DNA of 64,000 bases from Vicugna vicugna (taxonomy: Eukaryota): assembly GCA_013265495.1 (NCBI GenBank), contig MU058868.1:1870587-1934586 (forward strand), in the 5' to 3' direction. The notes beneath the pieces were generated by a model, which worked only from the letters and a program-made list of their open reading frames with translations, searched no databases and was not told where the DNA came from. The translations under genes were made by a program, and so were the position numbers. Below, piece by piece: positions 1 through 64,000 of this stretch; the first letter of the stretch is position 1, and every line of letters starts with the position of its first letter.

Positions 1-410
1 GCTGACCGGGTGTCAGCATGTGTCAGCCCGCGTGTGGACCCGCCCACGTGTGTGCTTGGGGTGCAGGGACGGGTGCGGCTGAGGAAGCCCTGGCCTGTGT
101 GCTCGGGTGGCGATGACATCAGAAGGGGCTCGGGTCCTGGGTCCTGGGTTTAGCAGCAGCAGTGATGTGGCACACGGTCTCCCTCTTTACCACTGGTCAG
201 TGCTTGCGAGGTTGGTGTCTGGGAGGAGGGGCCATGACAGGGGCAGAAGCGGGAGGAAGAAAAGTTGTGTGAAAGGGACTCACTCACTCACTTTTAAACT
301 CATGTTTGCTGAGATGAGTAGATATTACACATTTCTGAGACGCAGAAGCAGTGCAGCATCCCTGCTGCCGTTAGAAGAAGACGGGATGGGTGTGTGAGGG
401 TCGTGAGGCC

Positions 411-62988
<62,578 letters not shown>

Positions 62989-63439
62989 TGACGGCCCAGG
63001 GCCTCGTCCACACTGTCTCCCCGCGGGCCGGTGAGCAGCGGCCCCCCGACCGCCAGCCCCGGAGGAGCGTTGATGTGGAGCGGTGGTTCTCCAGCGGTCG
63101 GCCTGGCGAGTCCTTTCCACCCTTGAGATTAGTGGGGACCCCAGAGAGTGCTGGTTCCTGGGGTGACACCCACCAGTGCTTGCAGAACTGGGAGGTGTTT
63201 TAAAACAGCTCCTTACCCAGCGCTGGCCTCTCTGGGTCACTCGGCTCAGCCAAAAGGAGAGTGCCCGGTGACCGACCATCCTCGCTCTCTGTGCAGCACA
63301 GGGTTTTGTTTTCTGCCTAAAGATGTCTCTTTTTGGTAATGATGAAGTTTGTTTTTTTTTAAATTCTGTTTTTCTCAATATTCCTTTAAAGGTTTTAAGT
63401 TGTTTTAGATCTGGTTAAGTTGAGATTTTTTTAAGAACT

Positions 63440-63840
63440 TTATTTTTAATTTGCAATGTAAGTTACAAATTGATTCAAAAAAGTCGACAAGCGGCAAGCA
63501 CTGCTAAAGATCTTAGATTGAAAAAAAGAAGTTATTCATTTAAAAATAAAAGTAATAACAATTACTATTTAAAACAAATTTAAGTAGTGAGAAGAGCCTT
63601 GTTGTACATTTTTGCAAGTCTCTTTAATGTCTGGCTCATCAGAAGTCAGCTGGCTGCTCCCATCTGCTCTGCATTCAGTCTGTTAGTATCAGGTGACGCC
63701 TGGGGAACACCAGCGTGCGGCTGGGAGGGCACAGGAGAGACGAGCCAGCAGGCCTTAGTGTTTCTGGGAAATGGTTTGACCTTGTGACCCAGAGGCTTTC
63801 AGGCGTCCATCCACCTAGGACCTCCTTCAGCCGCTTTGCT
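63440..63840. mobile_element. hAT-Charlie DNA transposon remnant (Charlie1-like), intron 59
   Basis: 'gtgagaagagccttgttgtacatttttgcaagtctctttaatgtctggctcatcagaagtcagctggctgctcccatctgctctgcattcagtctgtt' closely resembles recalled Charlie1 consensus text. Confidence 0.65.
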
Positions 63841-64000
63841 GACTCCTGTGGCCTGGCGGAGGGGCCACCCCCGGCCTCCCCACGCGCTTCAGATGAGGGC
63901 CTTCACACCCAGTTGATGTTCATGTTTTGGTGTAATGTGAAAAACAGCATTTTGGGGTGACAAAAGAATCATTGCCTAAGTGCTTATTTCTGAAAGTCAT

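Noticed and set aside
1-410. HTT CAG/polyQ repeat or promoter
   Set aside because: Exon 1 lies far upstream, outside the window. The short CAG runs here (e.g. near 153-161) are trivial.

Overview
Mammalian genomic DNA covering the middle of the huntingtin gene (HTT) on the + strand. I could place 41 consecutive coding exons, equivalent to exons 19-59 of the 67-exon human gene. All 41 donors are GT, 40 acceptors are AG, and the frame is continuous and stop-free from exon 20 to 59. Exon numbers and all human comparisons come from my memory of the human HTT sequence, not from an alignment. A tRNA-derived SINE at 18067-18176 and a young L1 3' end point to a camelid (camel, alpaca or llama). Introns hold L1, L2, MIR, LTR and DNA-transposon remnants, small tandem repeats and one 159-N assembly gap. 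Nearly all ORFs in the supplied track are chance ORFs, exon read-throughs or L1 ORF2 fragments. I found no new multi-gene system, RNA gene or CRISPR array. The most notable observations are: (1) exon 19 lacks its 5' end and acceptor, probably an assembly artefact; (2) a strong AT-to-GC substitution bias shows in both the protein and an intronic L1; (3) exons 25 and 39 have unusual 3' splice-site layouts; (4) two reported modification sites appear lost; (5) a young L1 is nested in an older L1, with a target-site duplication.
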